A stretch of 64,000 nt of DNA. Origin: Bradymonadia bacterium. GTDB lineage: Bacteria; Myxococcota_A; Bradymonadia; UBA7976; UBA1532. This document shows, piece by piece, positions 1 to 8,484 of this stretch. Position 1 is the first letter of the stretch; each line of letters opens with the position of its first letter. The notes under the pieces are model-generated. The model ran no database searches. It had not been told where the DNA came from and saw only the letters and a list, made by a program, of their open reading frames with translations. The stretch covers positions 128,001 through 192,000 of the forward strand of contig JBKAGE010000082.1 of the NCBI GenBank assembly GCA_046290225.1, read 5' to 3'. The translations under genes were made by a program, and so were the position numbers.

Positions 1-120
1 CGAAGGCGAAAACGGATCAGATCCGACGCTGATGGCACAGGCCGCTCGATCGCCGATGGCGCCCTGATGCAGCGCCTTGTACCGACCGTGATCCCGGCCC
101 AGCTTGATCGTCCAGGTCAC
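1..120 (-). CDS. 5' part of an unidentified CDS running off the window edge
   Basis: GTG at 120 overlaps the slt stop (GTGA); frame open to position 1 (MTWTIKLGRDHGRYKALHQG...). Confidence 0.5.
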   Translation of the reverse strand, partial: MTWTIKLGRDHGRYKALHQGAIGDRAACAISVGSDPFSPS

Positions 121-2516
121 CGCTGCGCCTCTCCTTCAGTGGCTGCGTCGTCATTTTGAGCCACGGGGGGGTCTGCTTTCTGAGGCTGCCGCACCCGAAG
201 TGGGATGTAGATCTCTTTGTGGCCTTCAGGGCCATAGAGGGCTCGATAGGCCGCGTAGCTGCGCAGCACCGTGCGGGTGTATGCCCGGGTCTGATCGTAA
301 GGGATCTCTTCGACAAACTCGTCGACGTCGAGGTGGCCCACCTTCTTGAGCCACTTGTTCACCCGACCAGGCCCGGCATTGTACGCGGCGATGGCCAGGG
401 CGGGGTGGCCCCGATAGCGTTCGAGCAACCGCCCGAGGAACGCGGTGCCATATTTGATGTTGCCCTCGGGGGTGTAGATGGTCTTGAGCGAGGGCGCCCG
501 CTTCTCGTCGAGGAACTTGGTGGCCATCATGGCGGCGGTGCCCTTGAGCAGCTGCATCAGCCCATGGGCGTTGGCGTAGCTCTTGATCTTGGCCCTGAAG
601 CCGCTCTCCTGACGCATGATGGCCCACACCAGCATCGGATCCACGCCCCGGGCCTCGGCCTCGGCGCTGACGATCTCGCTGTAGGGGGTGGGGAAGCTCG
701 CCTGCCACCGCCGACGGGGATCATCAGTGGGGGCGAACATCAGCGGCTCGCTCTTCTTCATCAGCCAGTGCGCGATCCAGAGGTTGTCGCATTCGCGATA
801 CAGCGCCGAGGCGAAGTCGAGCCCCTCGGGGGTGATGCGCCCGAGCCGGTGCAGCCGCTTGAGCGCCAAGCGGGCATCTTCTTTGAGCCCGAGCCGCCAC
901 AGGATGGCCGCTCCCTGCTCCTCGGGACCCAGGCCGGGCAACACCTCGGCGAGGGCTTCGGGGGTGTAGGGCGCCTCGGGGACCACGCCCTTCAACGGTG
1001 AGGGCTCGGCCCCGGTGCCACCGAGCCAATGACGCGACATCGTGGCGTAGTAGGACAGCGGGTAGCGATCGTTGATGTACTGCCACAGCGCCCGGGCCTC
1101 ACCGAGGCGGCCCTGCTTCTGATGAATTCGGGCCCGCCAGTACGTGGCGCGCTCGTAGAAAGTGCGCCGTGAGCTGTCGGTCTCCATCGGGCGGGTGTTG
1201 ATCAACCGCACCAACCACTGATCAGCGACGTCGAGATCACCTGTGCGGTAGTACGCCCACGCCACCTCCCAGAGCACCCGACCGAGCTTCTCTTTGAGCA
1301 GAGGGGTCTCCGGCGGCAGCTCGGCGAGGGCTTCGTACAGGCTCCGGGCCACCTTGGGCCGCCGCATTCGGCGGGCGAGCTCCGCGCCGTCCCAGAGCAG
1401 GTCGGCTTTCATGGGGCTTGCGGGCATGTCTTTGGCGAGGCGTCGATACAGCTTCAAAGCTGCGCCGGCTTTTTCGGATCGACGCAGACCCTCTGCCTTG
1501 AGGTGCATCAGATGTCGCCTGATGCTCGACGACCGCGCCGCTTCGATGGCGTCGTTCGCCCGCCGCAGGGTGTCGAAGGGCGACTTCTTGAGCAGCCTCC
1601 ACCCAGCGATCAGATCGCCCATGCCTGCGCTCTTCTCGGGCCACGCCCGCCCCACGGCCTTGACGATGGCCCGGGCCCGCAACACCTCGCCCTTGCGGAT
1701 GTGATGCACCGCTCGACCCGCCCACTCGGTGAGGGTGAAGGGCCCACGATCCTTGGGGCTCAAAGCCTCGAGCAAAGCTTCTTCGGCGTCGGCGCCTGCA
1801 CGGTAGCGGCTCCACCGACGCAGAATGCCCGCCATCCGGACCTGCCACGCCTGCACATCACCATCGAGGCCCAGCCGGGCTTCGGCCTCGATGAGGGCGA
1901 AGCGGGCCTTGAACCACTCACGGCCGATGTGGGGATACACCCGATCGATGAGATCGACAGCAACACCGAACCGCCGCCGCTTGATCATGGTCTTGGCGGC
2001 TTTGAGGTTCAGATCAGCGAACCGAGGGTGCGCCGGCGGCACGAGCTTGAGGGCCTCGTCGGCGTCGCTGAACCGCTCATCGGCCCACATCAGCTCCACC
2101 TCGGTGGCGGCGATGTAGCCATCGAGAGCAGGCATAAGCGCCTTGGCCTGCTCGAGAGCGTCGAGGGCCACCCGAGTGCGACCGAGCTTGGCCAGGCACC
2201 GCCCGATCAGATACTGCACGGCCCCTTGCAGCGCCGGCGCGGCGGCGTCGAGCTCGATGGCCTTGAGGGCCTTGAGGGCCACGGACCATCCCTTGCCGTC
2301 CATGGCGTCGAGGGCTTTCTTGAGCTTGGGCTGACCCACCCACAGCGGCTCCCCGATGGGCACCCGAGGTGCCTCGACCTTGGGCTCGAGGCTGGCGGCG
2401 CCGTACGCGGGCTGAGCCGAGGTGCGGCCCCACGGACGCTGATGTGGATTGCGGGCGTGCCCGACGAGGGGCAGGCAGAAAGCGACGAGGCTGGCGGCAA
2501 CGGCGAGGCGGGCCAC
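117..2516 (-). CDS. slt: Soluble lytic murein transglycosylase (TPR-like helical region + SLT domain)
   Basis: Signal peptide; SLT motifs AIMRQES, GLMQL, AAYNAGPG, EEIPYDQTRAY. Confidence 0.9.
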   Translation of the reverse strand: MARLAVAASLVAFCLPLVGHARNPHQRPWGRTSAQPAYGAASLEPKVEAPRVPIGEPLWVGQPKLKKALDAMDGKGWSVALKALKAIELDAAAPALQGAVQYLIGRCLAKLGRTRVALDALEQAKALMPALDGYIAATEVELMWADERFSDADEALKLVPPAHPRFADLNLKAAKTMIKRRRFGVAVDLIDRVYPHIGREWFKARFALIEAEARLGLDGDVQAWQVRMAGILRRWSRYRAGADAEEALLEALSPKDRGPFTLTEWAGRAVHHIRKGEVLRARAIVKAVGRAWPEKSAGMGDLIAGWRLLKKSPFDTLRRANDAIEAARSSSIRRHLMHLKAEGLRRSEKAGAALKLYRRLAKDMPASPMKADLLWDGAELARRMRRPKVARSLYEALAELPPETPLLKEKLGRVLWEVAWAYYRTGDLDVADQWLVRLINTRPMETDSSRRTFYERATYWRARIHQKQGRLGEARALWQYINDRYPLSYYATMSRHWLGGTGAEPSPLKGVVPEAPYTPEALAEVLPGLGPEEQGAAILWRLGLKEDARLALKRLHRLGRITPEGLDFASALYRECDNLWIAHWLMKKSEPLMFAPTDDPRRRWQASFPTPYSEIVSAEAEARGVDPMLVWAIMRQESGFRAKIKSYANAHGLMQLLKGTAAMMATKFLDEKRAPSLKTIYTPEGNIKYGTAFLGRLLERYRGHPALAIAAYNAGPGRVNKWLKKVGHLDVDEFVEEIPYDQTRAYTRTVLRSYAAYRALYGPEGHKEIYIPLRVRQPQKADPPVAQNDDAATEGEAQR

Positions 2517-2682
2517 GATGGGGTCCTTGGGCTCGGGTCCTTTTATGTGGAGAACGGTCGGCCCCCCCTGGGTGCATAAGGCAGACTTCAGAGGGGCGAA
2601 TTTTCAGTATTCCGAGGAAGGGCAGGCGATGCCAGCTTATGGCAGAGAAAGCTTGGAGAGAGGATCGGCGCGAGTGGTCTGT

Positions 2683-4032
2683 TCAGGGCTGCAGCTCGAG
2701 CTGCATCTCCTGCAGTTTGCGTACGCGGGCCAGGGCGTCGGCTCGAGCGCTGGCGTCGTGACCTTCGTGGAAGCTGGCGAGCTTCGTCCACGCCTCGAGG
2801 GCGTCGTCGAGCAAAGCGACATCCGCGGCCTCGGGATCGTCGTGGAACTGGCGGGCGAAGAGCAGCTCGTTGCACTCACCGCGCAGGGCGAAGGTGGCCG
2901 CCTGTCGGCTCTTGGGCAATCGAAGCCGCAGCCGATCGACGCGTCGAAGCGTGCGCAGGCTCTGCTCGAACCGCTCGCTGCGGGCATAGGCCTCGGCGAG
3001 TGACAACAACACAGCAGGATCGTGCTTGAGCTGGCCCCGAGCGGTGGCGAGCTCGAGGGCTTTGATCTGCTGCTGCGTGTCTTTGATCTTGAAGTAGAAG
3101 TGACCCAACAAACGCTGGGCCTCCCCAAAGCGCGTGTGTCCCTGGGCGACCTGCTCCAGGCAACCCACCTGCTCTTTCTTGAGCACCTCGCCCACGCTCA
3201 ACGCCTGACGGGCGTCGACGACGCACTGCTCCACAGGCTCGCGCCCGTGGGGCGGGCCACCGAAGCTGCCCGCATCTGGCGCAGCCTCGACGATGGGCAA
3301 GCCCACGTCTGCGATCTCACGTGGGGGCTGTGGCGTCGACGTATGACCCAAGCTCTTCTTTCGTCGCTTCACATCACCAGAGGCGGGCCTCGACGCGTTC
3401 ACCCTGGCCAGAGCCCCAGGGCGCTCGAGGGCAGACATCGGGCCCATCCGGCCCTCGGCGATCACGTAGACCTCGTGCTCTCGGGCGAAGCGGCCCCGAT
3501 AGGCGAGGCCACCGGCCTGCAGCAGGAATGGCATGTCCGGGCGCCCGCTGATGTTGAGCATGGCCCGGCCGCTCTTGTCGGTCTGGCCGATGACTTCACC
3601 ATTGAGCTTGACCTCGACCTCTGGCTGCCCGAGCCGGGTGAGCACAAGGTAATCCTGAGCCGGCGGCGCCAGCCGCAGCGTCATGGACACCACGGTGGGA
3701 CGCCCCTCGTTGAGGGTGATGGTCTCGCGGATGACCTCGGCACCGGGCAGCGCGCGGTAGCCGCTGAGCAAGTCGGCCGACAGCGCGATCTCGTCGCCGT
3801 TCTTCACAGTCATGGGGCCCCAGAACTCACCATCGGCGCCGGTGATGCCATAGCGCTGGCCGTTGATGGCGAACGGCACCATCTCCAGCACCCGCCCCTC
3901 GGTGGAGAGGGTGCGCACGGAGAGCATGATCTGGGCGTCTTCGGGGGTTTCGGGCGTAGTAGGAGCCTCGGGAGCATCCTGGCATCCGAGGAGGGCGAGC
4001 GAGAAGGTGATCGGGGTGATGAAACGCTTCAA
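2683..4032 (-). CDS. Putative lipoprotein with beta-rich N-terminus and C-terminal TPR-like repeats
   Basis: GGGAGG RBS before TTG at 4032; lipobox LLGC; helical TPR-like C-terminus. Confidence 0.6.
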   Translation of the reverse strand: MKRFITPITFSLALLGCQDAPEAPTTPETPEDAQIMLSVRTLSTEGRVLEMVPFAINGQRYGITGADGEFWGPMTVKNGDEIALSADLLSGYRALPGAEVIRETITLNEGRPTVVSMTLRLAPPAQDYLVLTRLGQPEVEVKLNGEVIGQTDKSGRAMLNISGRPDMPFLLQAGGLAYRGRFAREHEVYVIAEGRMGPMSALERPGALARVNASRPASGDVKRRKKSLGHTSTPQPPREIADVGLPIVEAAPDAGSFGGPPHGREPVEQCVVDARQALSVGEVLKKEQVGCLEQVAQGHTRFGEAQRLLGHFYFKIKDTQQQIKALELATARGQLKHDPAVLLSLAEAYARSERFEQSLRTLRRVDRLRLRLPKSRQAATFALRGECNELLFARQFHDDPEAADVALLDDALEAWTKLASFHEGHDASARADALARVRKLQEMQLELQP

Positions 4033-4140
4033 TTGCAGGCCTCCCTCAGTGATGTGCGCACGAGTATAACGCGGCCAGCTCAGCTGGGATCTACTTGCCG
4101 ACGCCTTTGGCGACACATACGTACTCAGTGGCCCATATCC

Positions 4141-4193
4141 CCATCACATACCTGATGGAGGTTTGACATGCTCATATGGGACCATAATGATGG
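4141..4193 (+). promoter_or_regulatory. Putative mqsRA promoter/operator
   Basis: TTGACA at 4163-4168, CATAATGAT at 4183-4191; palindromes CCATCA-N6-TGATGG (4141-4158) and CCATAATGATGG (4182-4193). Confidence 0.45.
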
Positions 4194-4211
4194 CAAACAT
4201 ACTCAACGCTG

Positions 4212-4260
4212 ATGGAGAAGCACACCCCACATCACCTTGCTGTCCTTCAAGGCGAAATAG
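4212..4260 (+). pseudogene. mqsR: Internally deleted MqsR-type toxin remnant
   Basis: Begins MEKHTPH; another frame from 4231 reads ITLLSFKAK*. These match the MqsR termini (MEKRTPH... / ...VSFKEK*), directly upstream of mqsA. Confidence 0.75.
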
Positions 4261-4271
4261 GAGGCCCTCAC

Positions 4272-4718
4272 ATGACTCGACCCCGTACATGTCCCGCATG
4301 TGGCGTCGTTGGGATGATCCGAGAAGCCCGCCCCGACGCTGTCGAATATGCCCACAACGACAAGATTCATACCCGAAACATCATGCAGCCGGCCTGGTGG
4401 TGCGACACATGTGGAGAAGCAGTCCTTGAAGGTGAGGACATCGCGTACTCAGAAGACGTCTGGAAGTCGCTGAAGGCTGATGTGCATGGCGTCTTGTCGC
4501 CCACTCAAGTGAAGGCCATTCGAGAAGGCCTCGGCATTTCGCAACGCCGAGCCGGATTACTGCTCGGAGGCGGTGAAAAGGCGTTTGCCAAGTACGAGCG
4601 GGGCTCGGTTTTGCCGAGCCAGGCGATGAGCGGTCTGCTCCTGCTGCTCGAAGGGCATCCGGAGCGACTCCGAGAACTCGAGGGTTTACGCACCAACCAA
4701 CACAGCGCGGCTGATTAA
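4272..4718 (+). CDS. mqsA: MqsA-family antitoxin (Zn ribbon + XRE HTH)
   Basis: AGGAGG RBS before ATG 4272; CPAC...CDTCGE zinc ligands; HTH IREGLGISQRRAGLLLGGGEKAFAKYERG. Confidence 0.9.
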   Translation: MTRPRTCPACGVVGMIREARPDAVEYAHNDKIHTRNIMQPAWWCDTCGEAVLEGEDIAYSEDVWKSLKADVHGVLSPTQVKAIREGLGISQRRAGLLLGGGEKAFAKYERGSVLPSQAMSGLLLLLEGHPERLRELEGLRTNQHSAAD

Positions 4719-4778
4719 TATGCTGTTTTCGGTATTACCCCATTCGGATATTTGTGCATTGACGAAGGCTGTGGCCGG

Positions 4779-4951
4779 GCCTTTGTAGGCAGTCGTCGCT
4801 GCGCTCCGCCTGCGTAGGCGCCGGGCCTTCGGCACATCTTCGATGCGCCTCGTCTGGCGCGTACACGTTCGGGCATCCGCTTCGCGGACACCCTTCCGGG
4901 TAGGCAGGGTCGCTCAGGGCTTCGCCCTTCTTGCTCGCTCCCCTGCGTAAA
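4779..4951 (-). repeat. Structured non-coding element, copy A (REP-like multi-hairpin)
   Basis: Reverse complement aligns to 5087-5258; 41-bp perfect match (4779-4819 vs 5218-5258) plus two ~21-bp identical blocks; GTAG-led hairpins. Confidence 0.85.
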
Positions 4952-5086
4952 GAGCTTCTTCTGTATCTTGTTGCTGAACCCCACCGGGATTCGACCTGCC
5001 GCGAACGTGCAAGCCTCTGAGTCTCAACGTTGGGCGTAAGCCCCAACAGCGTTGGAAGCAGCACAGAACCACACCAGAACTGACTT

Positions 5087-5258
5087 TTTACGCAGGGGAG
5101 CGAGCAATCAATGCGTCAGCATTGAGCGACCCTGCCTACCCGGAGGCCTGCTCGCGCCAGCGAGTGTGCCGACGTGTACGCAGCTCCAAGGCGGGCCGAA
5201 GGCCGGCCGACAGAGCTGCCTACGCAGGCGGAGCGCAGCGACGACTGCCTACAAAGGC
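5087..5258 (+). repeat. Structured non-coding element, copy B (inverted relative to A)
   Basis: TTTACGCAGGGGAGCGAGCAA..TGAGCGACCCTGCCTACCCGGA..GCCTACGCAGGCGGAGCGCAGCGACGACTGCCTACAAAGGC. Confidence 0.85.
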
Positions 5259-5302
5259 TCAGCAAGCACATCCATCACAGCCTCGTTCGACTCATTCACC
5301 AG

Positions 5303-6352
5303 CTAAGGCTTGGGGTGGGCCATCAACCAGTCGGTCCACAGTCCGGGCACAGCCTCCGACAACTGTGGAGCATGAGGCCCATTGGGGTGTGTCCACAGCT
5401 CCACGCCGATCCCTTCGGGACAGCCCGTGTATTGGATCACGCGCGTCTCAGCGCCAGGCTCGACGAGGCTGTAATCCACAGACTCAAGGGCCTCCGTCTC
5501 GGCGCTACAGCCATTGAAATCAGCCCCTGCCCACTGGGCTACGGTGGCCTCCGCGCCAGGGTAGCTTGAGCCGAGGATCCGACCGCCAGCATACGCTATC
5601 ACCTCATCAGACTCGCCGTGGGCGTGCAGGACGCTCACCGGCTCCGAGGGGGTGCAGTCCGCAGGGGCGGCGGCGCCGGCGACGCTGATCACCGCGGCGA
5701 CGAGATCGGCCCGCTCACAGGCCAGCCGCATGCTCATGAAGGCGCCGTTGGAGTGCCCCATCACATAGATGCGCTTGGGATCGACGTTGTAGACCCCCTG
5801 CACCTCTTCGATCAGGCCGCCGAGATAGGCCACGTCATCGACACCCGAGCGGAAGAAGTCACAACAGGCCGGCGCAGCGTTCCAGTAGTGCTCACCTTCG
5901 GGGTTGGCCTGCCCGTCAGGGGCCATCATCAACGCCCCTGAGGTCTCGAACAGCGCTTGGGCGCGGAAGCCATCGAGGATGTAGTCGGGGTTGCGGAAGT
6001 AGCCATGAAGCAGCACGAACAACGGCCTGGGCTCTGCAGGATCATAGTCATCAGGCACCCACAGCTCCACGGGCCGATCACCGCCGAAGGTGGTGGGCAG
6101 CGGCTCGGGATCTTCGATCATCATCTCAGCGTCGGCTGGCTCTACGGTGCTGTCAGTCTCGTTGTCGATCGTGCTGTCGACGCTCTCTACCTCGGCGTCG
6201 TGGGCCCCGACACCAGAGTCTGCCGCATGAGCAGCGGCATCAGGCTCGACCATCCCGGGATCGCTGGCGCTGCCGCCATCATCATCGCACCCCGTCGCGC
6301 ACAGCGCGGTCGATGCCAACAGGTACAGAGTCAGGGTGTGCTTCATCTTCAT
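5303..6352 (-). CDS. Alpha/beta hydrolase lipoprotein, PHB-depolymerase/LpqC-like esterase
   Basis: Lipobox ATGC; LLHG, WNA..CC, DDVAYL, nucleophile GHSNG, HGESD. Confidence 0.85.
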   Translation of the reverse strand: MKMKHTLTLYLLASTALCATGCDDDGGSASDPGMVEPDAAAHAADSGVGAHDAEVESVDSTIDNETDSTVEPADAEMMIEDPEPLPTTFGGDRPVELWVPDDYDPAEPRPLFVLLHGYFRNPDYILDGFRAQALFETSGALMMAPDGQANPEGEHYWNAAPACCDFFRSGVDDVAYLGGLIEEVQGVYNVDPKRIYVMGHSNGAFMSMRLACERADLVAAVISVAGAAAPADCTPSEPVSVLHAHGESDEVIAYAGGRILGSSYPGAEATVAQWAGADFNGCSAETEALESVDYSLVEPGAETRVIQYTGCPEGIGVELWTHPNGPHAPQLSEAVPGLWTDWLMAHPKP

Positions 6353-6354
6353 CC

Positions 6355-6870
6355 TCAGGTCACCGACCAGACATTGAGCAGCTCGGCCATCTCGGTGTGC
6401 TCCACCTCTTCGAGCGTCGCCCCCAAGCGCGGGGGGATCGCGTTGCTCGGCCCGTTGCCCACATCACAGCGAATGATGATGCGATCCACATCGGGCAACG
6501 ACAGCCCTGCCTGTACCAAAACCCGAGAGGCCTCGGTCACCAGGCCCAGGCCCATGTGCCCTGCGTCGAGCCAGTAACCCAGCTCCATCGTCCGGGGGCC
6601 CCCTCGACCCAAAAGCAGCACCTCACCCACCACTTGGCCCCCGTACCAGAGGCCGTAGCGATAGTGCGTATCCGAGAGGAACAGGCGGATCGCGTCGGCG
6701 AGGAAGGCCTCGGTCTGTGAGGGCGTACGGGGCTCGTTGCGCATGAAGGGCAGCCAGGGACGCAGGTGAGCGTCGTTGGCGTCGATCAGGGCGCGATACG
6801 CCGGGGCGTCGTCGATGCGCCACATGCGCAGCTCAAGACGGGCGGTAGACAACACTGTGGGTAGACGCAT
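6355..6870 (-). CDS. GNAT acetyltransferase, RimJ/RimL family
   Basis: TARLELR, HLRPWLPF, ELGYWL...GLGLVTEA, N.PSNAIP.RLG. Confidence 0.85.
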   Translation of the reverse strand: MRLPTVLSTARLELRMWRIDDAPAYRALIDANDAHLRPWLPFMRNEPRTPSQTEAFLADAIRLFLSDTHYRYGLWYGGQVVGEVLLLGRGGPRTMELGYWLDAGHMGLGLVTEASRVLVQAGLSLPDVDRIIIRCDVGNGPSNAIPPRLGATLEEVEHTEMAELLNVWSVT

Positions 6871-6906
6871 CTTGGAGATCCTCAGAAAACAGCGGACCTT
6901 TTCGGC

Positions 6907-8304
6907 TCAGCTCGGGGGGCCAGTCGCACCAGGGTCTTCGACGAGGTTGTCGAAGCGGGTCCATTGTCGGAAGAACTTCAGCCTGATCGTGCCCGTAGAG
7001 CCTGCGCGGTGCTTCGAGAGCAGCAGCTCGGCGATGCCCTTGTCGGGCGAGTCCTCGTTGTACACCTCGTCGCGGTACACGAACATGATGATGTCCGCGT
7101 CCTGCTCGATGGCGCCGGACTCACGCAGGTCGCTCATGATGGGGCGCTTGTTCGGGCGGCTCTCGAGGCCACGGTTCAGCTGAGAGAGCGCCACCACGGG
7201 CACCCCGAGCTCCTTCGCCATCCCCTTCAGGTTCCGGCTGATGTCGGAGATCTCCTGCTCACGGCTGCGGATATGGGGCGGGCCCTTCATCAGCTGCAGG
7301 TAATCGACGACGATGAGGCCCAGAGGCGGGATGCTCGGATCAGAGGCCAGACGGCGACACTTGGCGCGGCACTCCATCACCGAGATGCTCGCGGTGTCGT
7401 CGATGAAGATCGACCAGTCCTTCATGACCTTCACCGCCTGCAAAATACGGTGAAGATCTTCATCGGAGAGGTGGCCCGTCTTCATGTTCTTGGACTCGAC
7501 CCGGGCCTGGGACGCCAGCAAGCGGGTCACCAGCTGGGCCGTGGGCATCTCGAGGCTGAAGACCGCCACAGAGACCTTGCCCATCACCGCGGCGTTGGTG
7601 GCGATGTTCAGGGCCAGGGTGGTCTTGCCCATGGCGGGGCGGGCGGCGAGGATGATCAAATCGCCGGGGTGGAAGCCCGCGGTCATATGATCGAGATCCT
7701 GGAACCCCGTGGGGGTGCCAGTGATGGCCGTCTTGGTCTCGAAGGCCTTCCGGATCTCGTCGATGACCTCCTTCACCCCATCTTTCATGGCGGTGAAGGA
7801 CTTGGTCTGCTGCTTCTGGCCGACCTCGAAGATCTTCTGCTGGGCCTCGTCGAACAGCCGCGACGTGTCTTCGTACTCGCCGCTGTTGGCCTTCTCGATG
7901 ATGCTGCCCGCGGTGGAGATCAGCCGCCTGATCTCTGCCCGCTCCGAGACAATCTGCGCGTGGTGCTCGATGTTGACCGCGGTGGCCACGGCCTCGTTGA
8001 GCCGGATCAGGGCCTCCATACCACCGGCGGGCTCGAGCTCGCCGGCCTGCTCCATGGCTGTGGACAGCGTCACCGGATCGATGGGCTGCCGGGCCTCGGA
8101 GAGGGAGAGCATGTGCTTGAACACCAGCCCGTACGCCGGGGTGTGGAAGTCCTCGGCTTTGAGCTTGTCGGCCACGCGATCGATGGCGAAGTTGTCCAGC
8201 AAGACCCCGCCGAGCACGGCGAGCTCGGCGTCGGCAGCGGTGAGGTGGCGCGCTGGGCTGGCGACGCCACCGGGCGGCGGTGGGAGGGCAGGCGGTCCGG
8301 ACAT
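6907..8304 (-). CDS. dnaB: Replicative DNA helicase
   Basis: AARPAMGKT Walker A, FSLEM, VVDYLQLM, LSQLNR, SDLRESGAIEQDAD. Confidence 0.97.
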   Translation of the reverse strand: MSGPPALPPPPGGVASPARHLTAADAELAVLGGVLLDNFAIDRVADKLKAEDFHTPAYGLVFKHMLSLSEARQPIDPVTLSTAMEQAGELEPAGGMEALIRLNEAVATAVNIEHHAQIVSERAEIRRLISTAGSIIEKANSGEYEDTSRLFDEAQQKIFEVGQKQQTKSFTAMKDGVKEVIDEIRKAFETKTAITGTPTGFQDLDHMTAGFHPGDLIILAARPAMGKTTLALNIATNAAVMGKVSVAVFSLEMPTAQLVTRLLASQARVESKNMKTGHLSDEDLHRILQAVKVMKDWSIFIDDTASISVMECRAKCRRLASDPSIPPLGLIVVDYLQLMKGPPHIRSREQEISDISRNLKGMAKELGVPVVALSQLNRGLESRPNKRPIMSDLRESGAIEQDADIIMFVYRDEVYNEDSPDKGIAELLLSKHRAGSTGTIRLKFFRQWTRFDNLVEDPGATGPPS

Positions 8305-8375
8305 GGGGGCGATCGATCCTCGCCTTGGGGGTCGGGATCAAGACTTGAAAATCGCCGGGGGACAAAAAAGCGACA

Positions 8376-8421
8376 CAGGGTTTGTCACCTATGGGTGCCG
8401 GCACCCATGTGAAACCCCCTG
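8376..8421. promoter_or_regulatory. Palindrome/hairpin in the dnaB-hen1 divergent intergenic region
   Basis: Perfect 18-bp palindrome ATGGGTGCCGGCACCCAT (8391-8408) with extended GGGTTT/AAACCC arms; T6 follows on the minus strand. Confidence 0.5.
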
Positions 8422-8484
8422 ACCACAGGCACTTGATGGCACACCCCCTGCAAAACCGCCCGGGCAGATCTCTCAGGGGGACAC

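Noticed and set aside
4979..4996. CCCCACCGGGATTCGACC resembles the reverse complement of a tRNA T-arm/acceptor end (possible att remnant)
   Set aside because: T-loop is one base short, no cloverleaf or CCA, and no integrase nearby
4715..5569. Short ORFs sharing peptides such as SDPAYPE and TQAERSDDCLQR
   Set aside because: By-products of the inverted DNA repeat; indels between copies break the frames
6907..8304. Intein or phage origin for dnaB
   Set aside because: Normal length (465 aa), continuous motifs, and no phage genes adjacent
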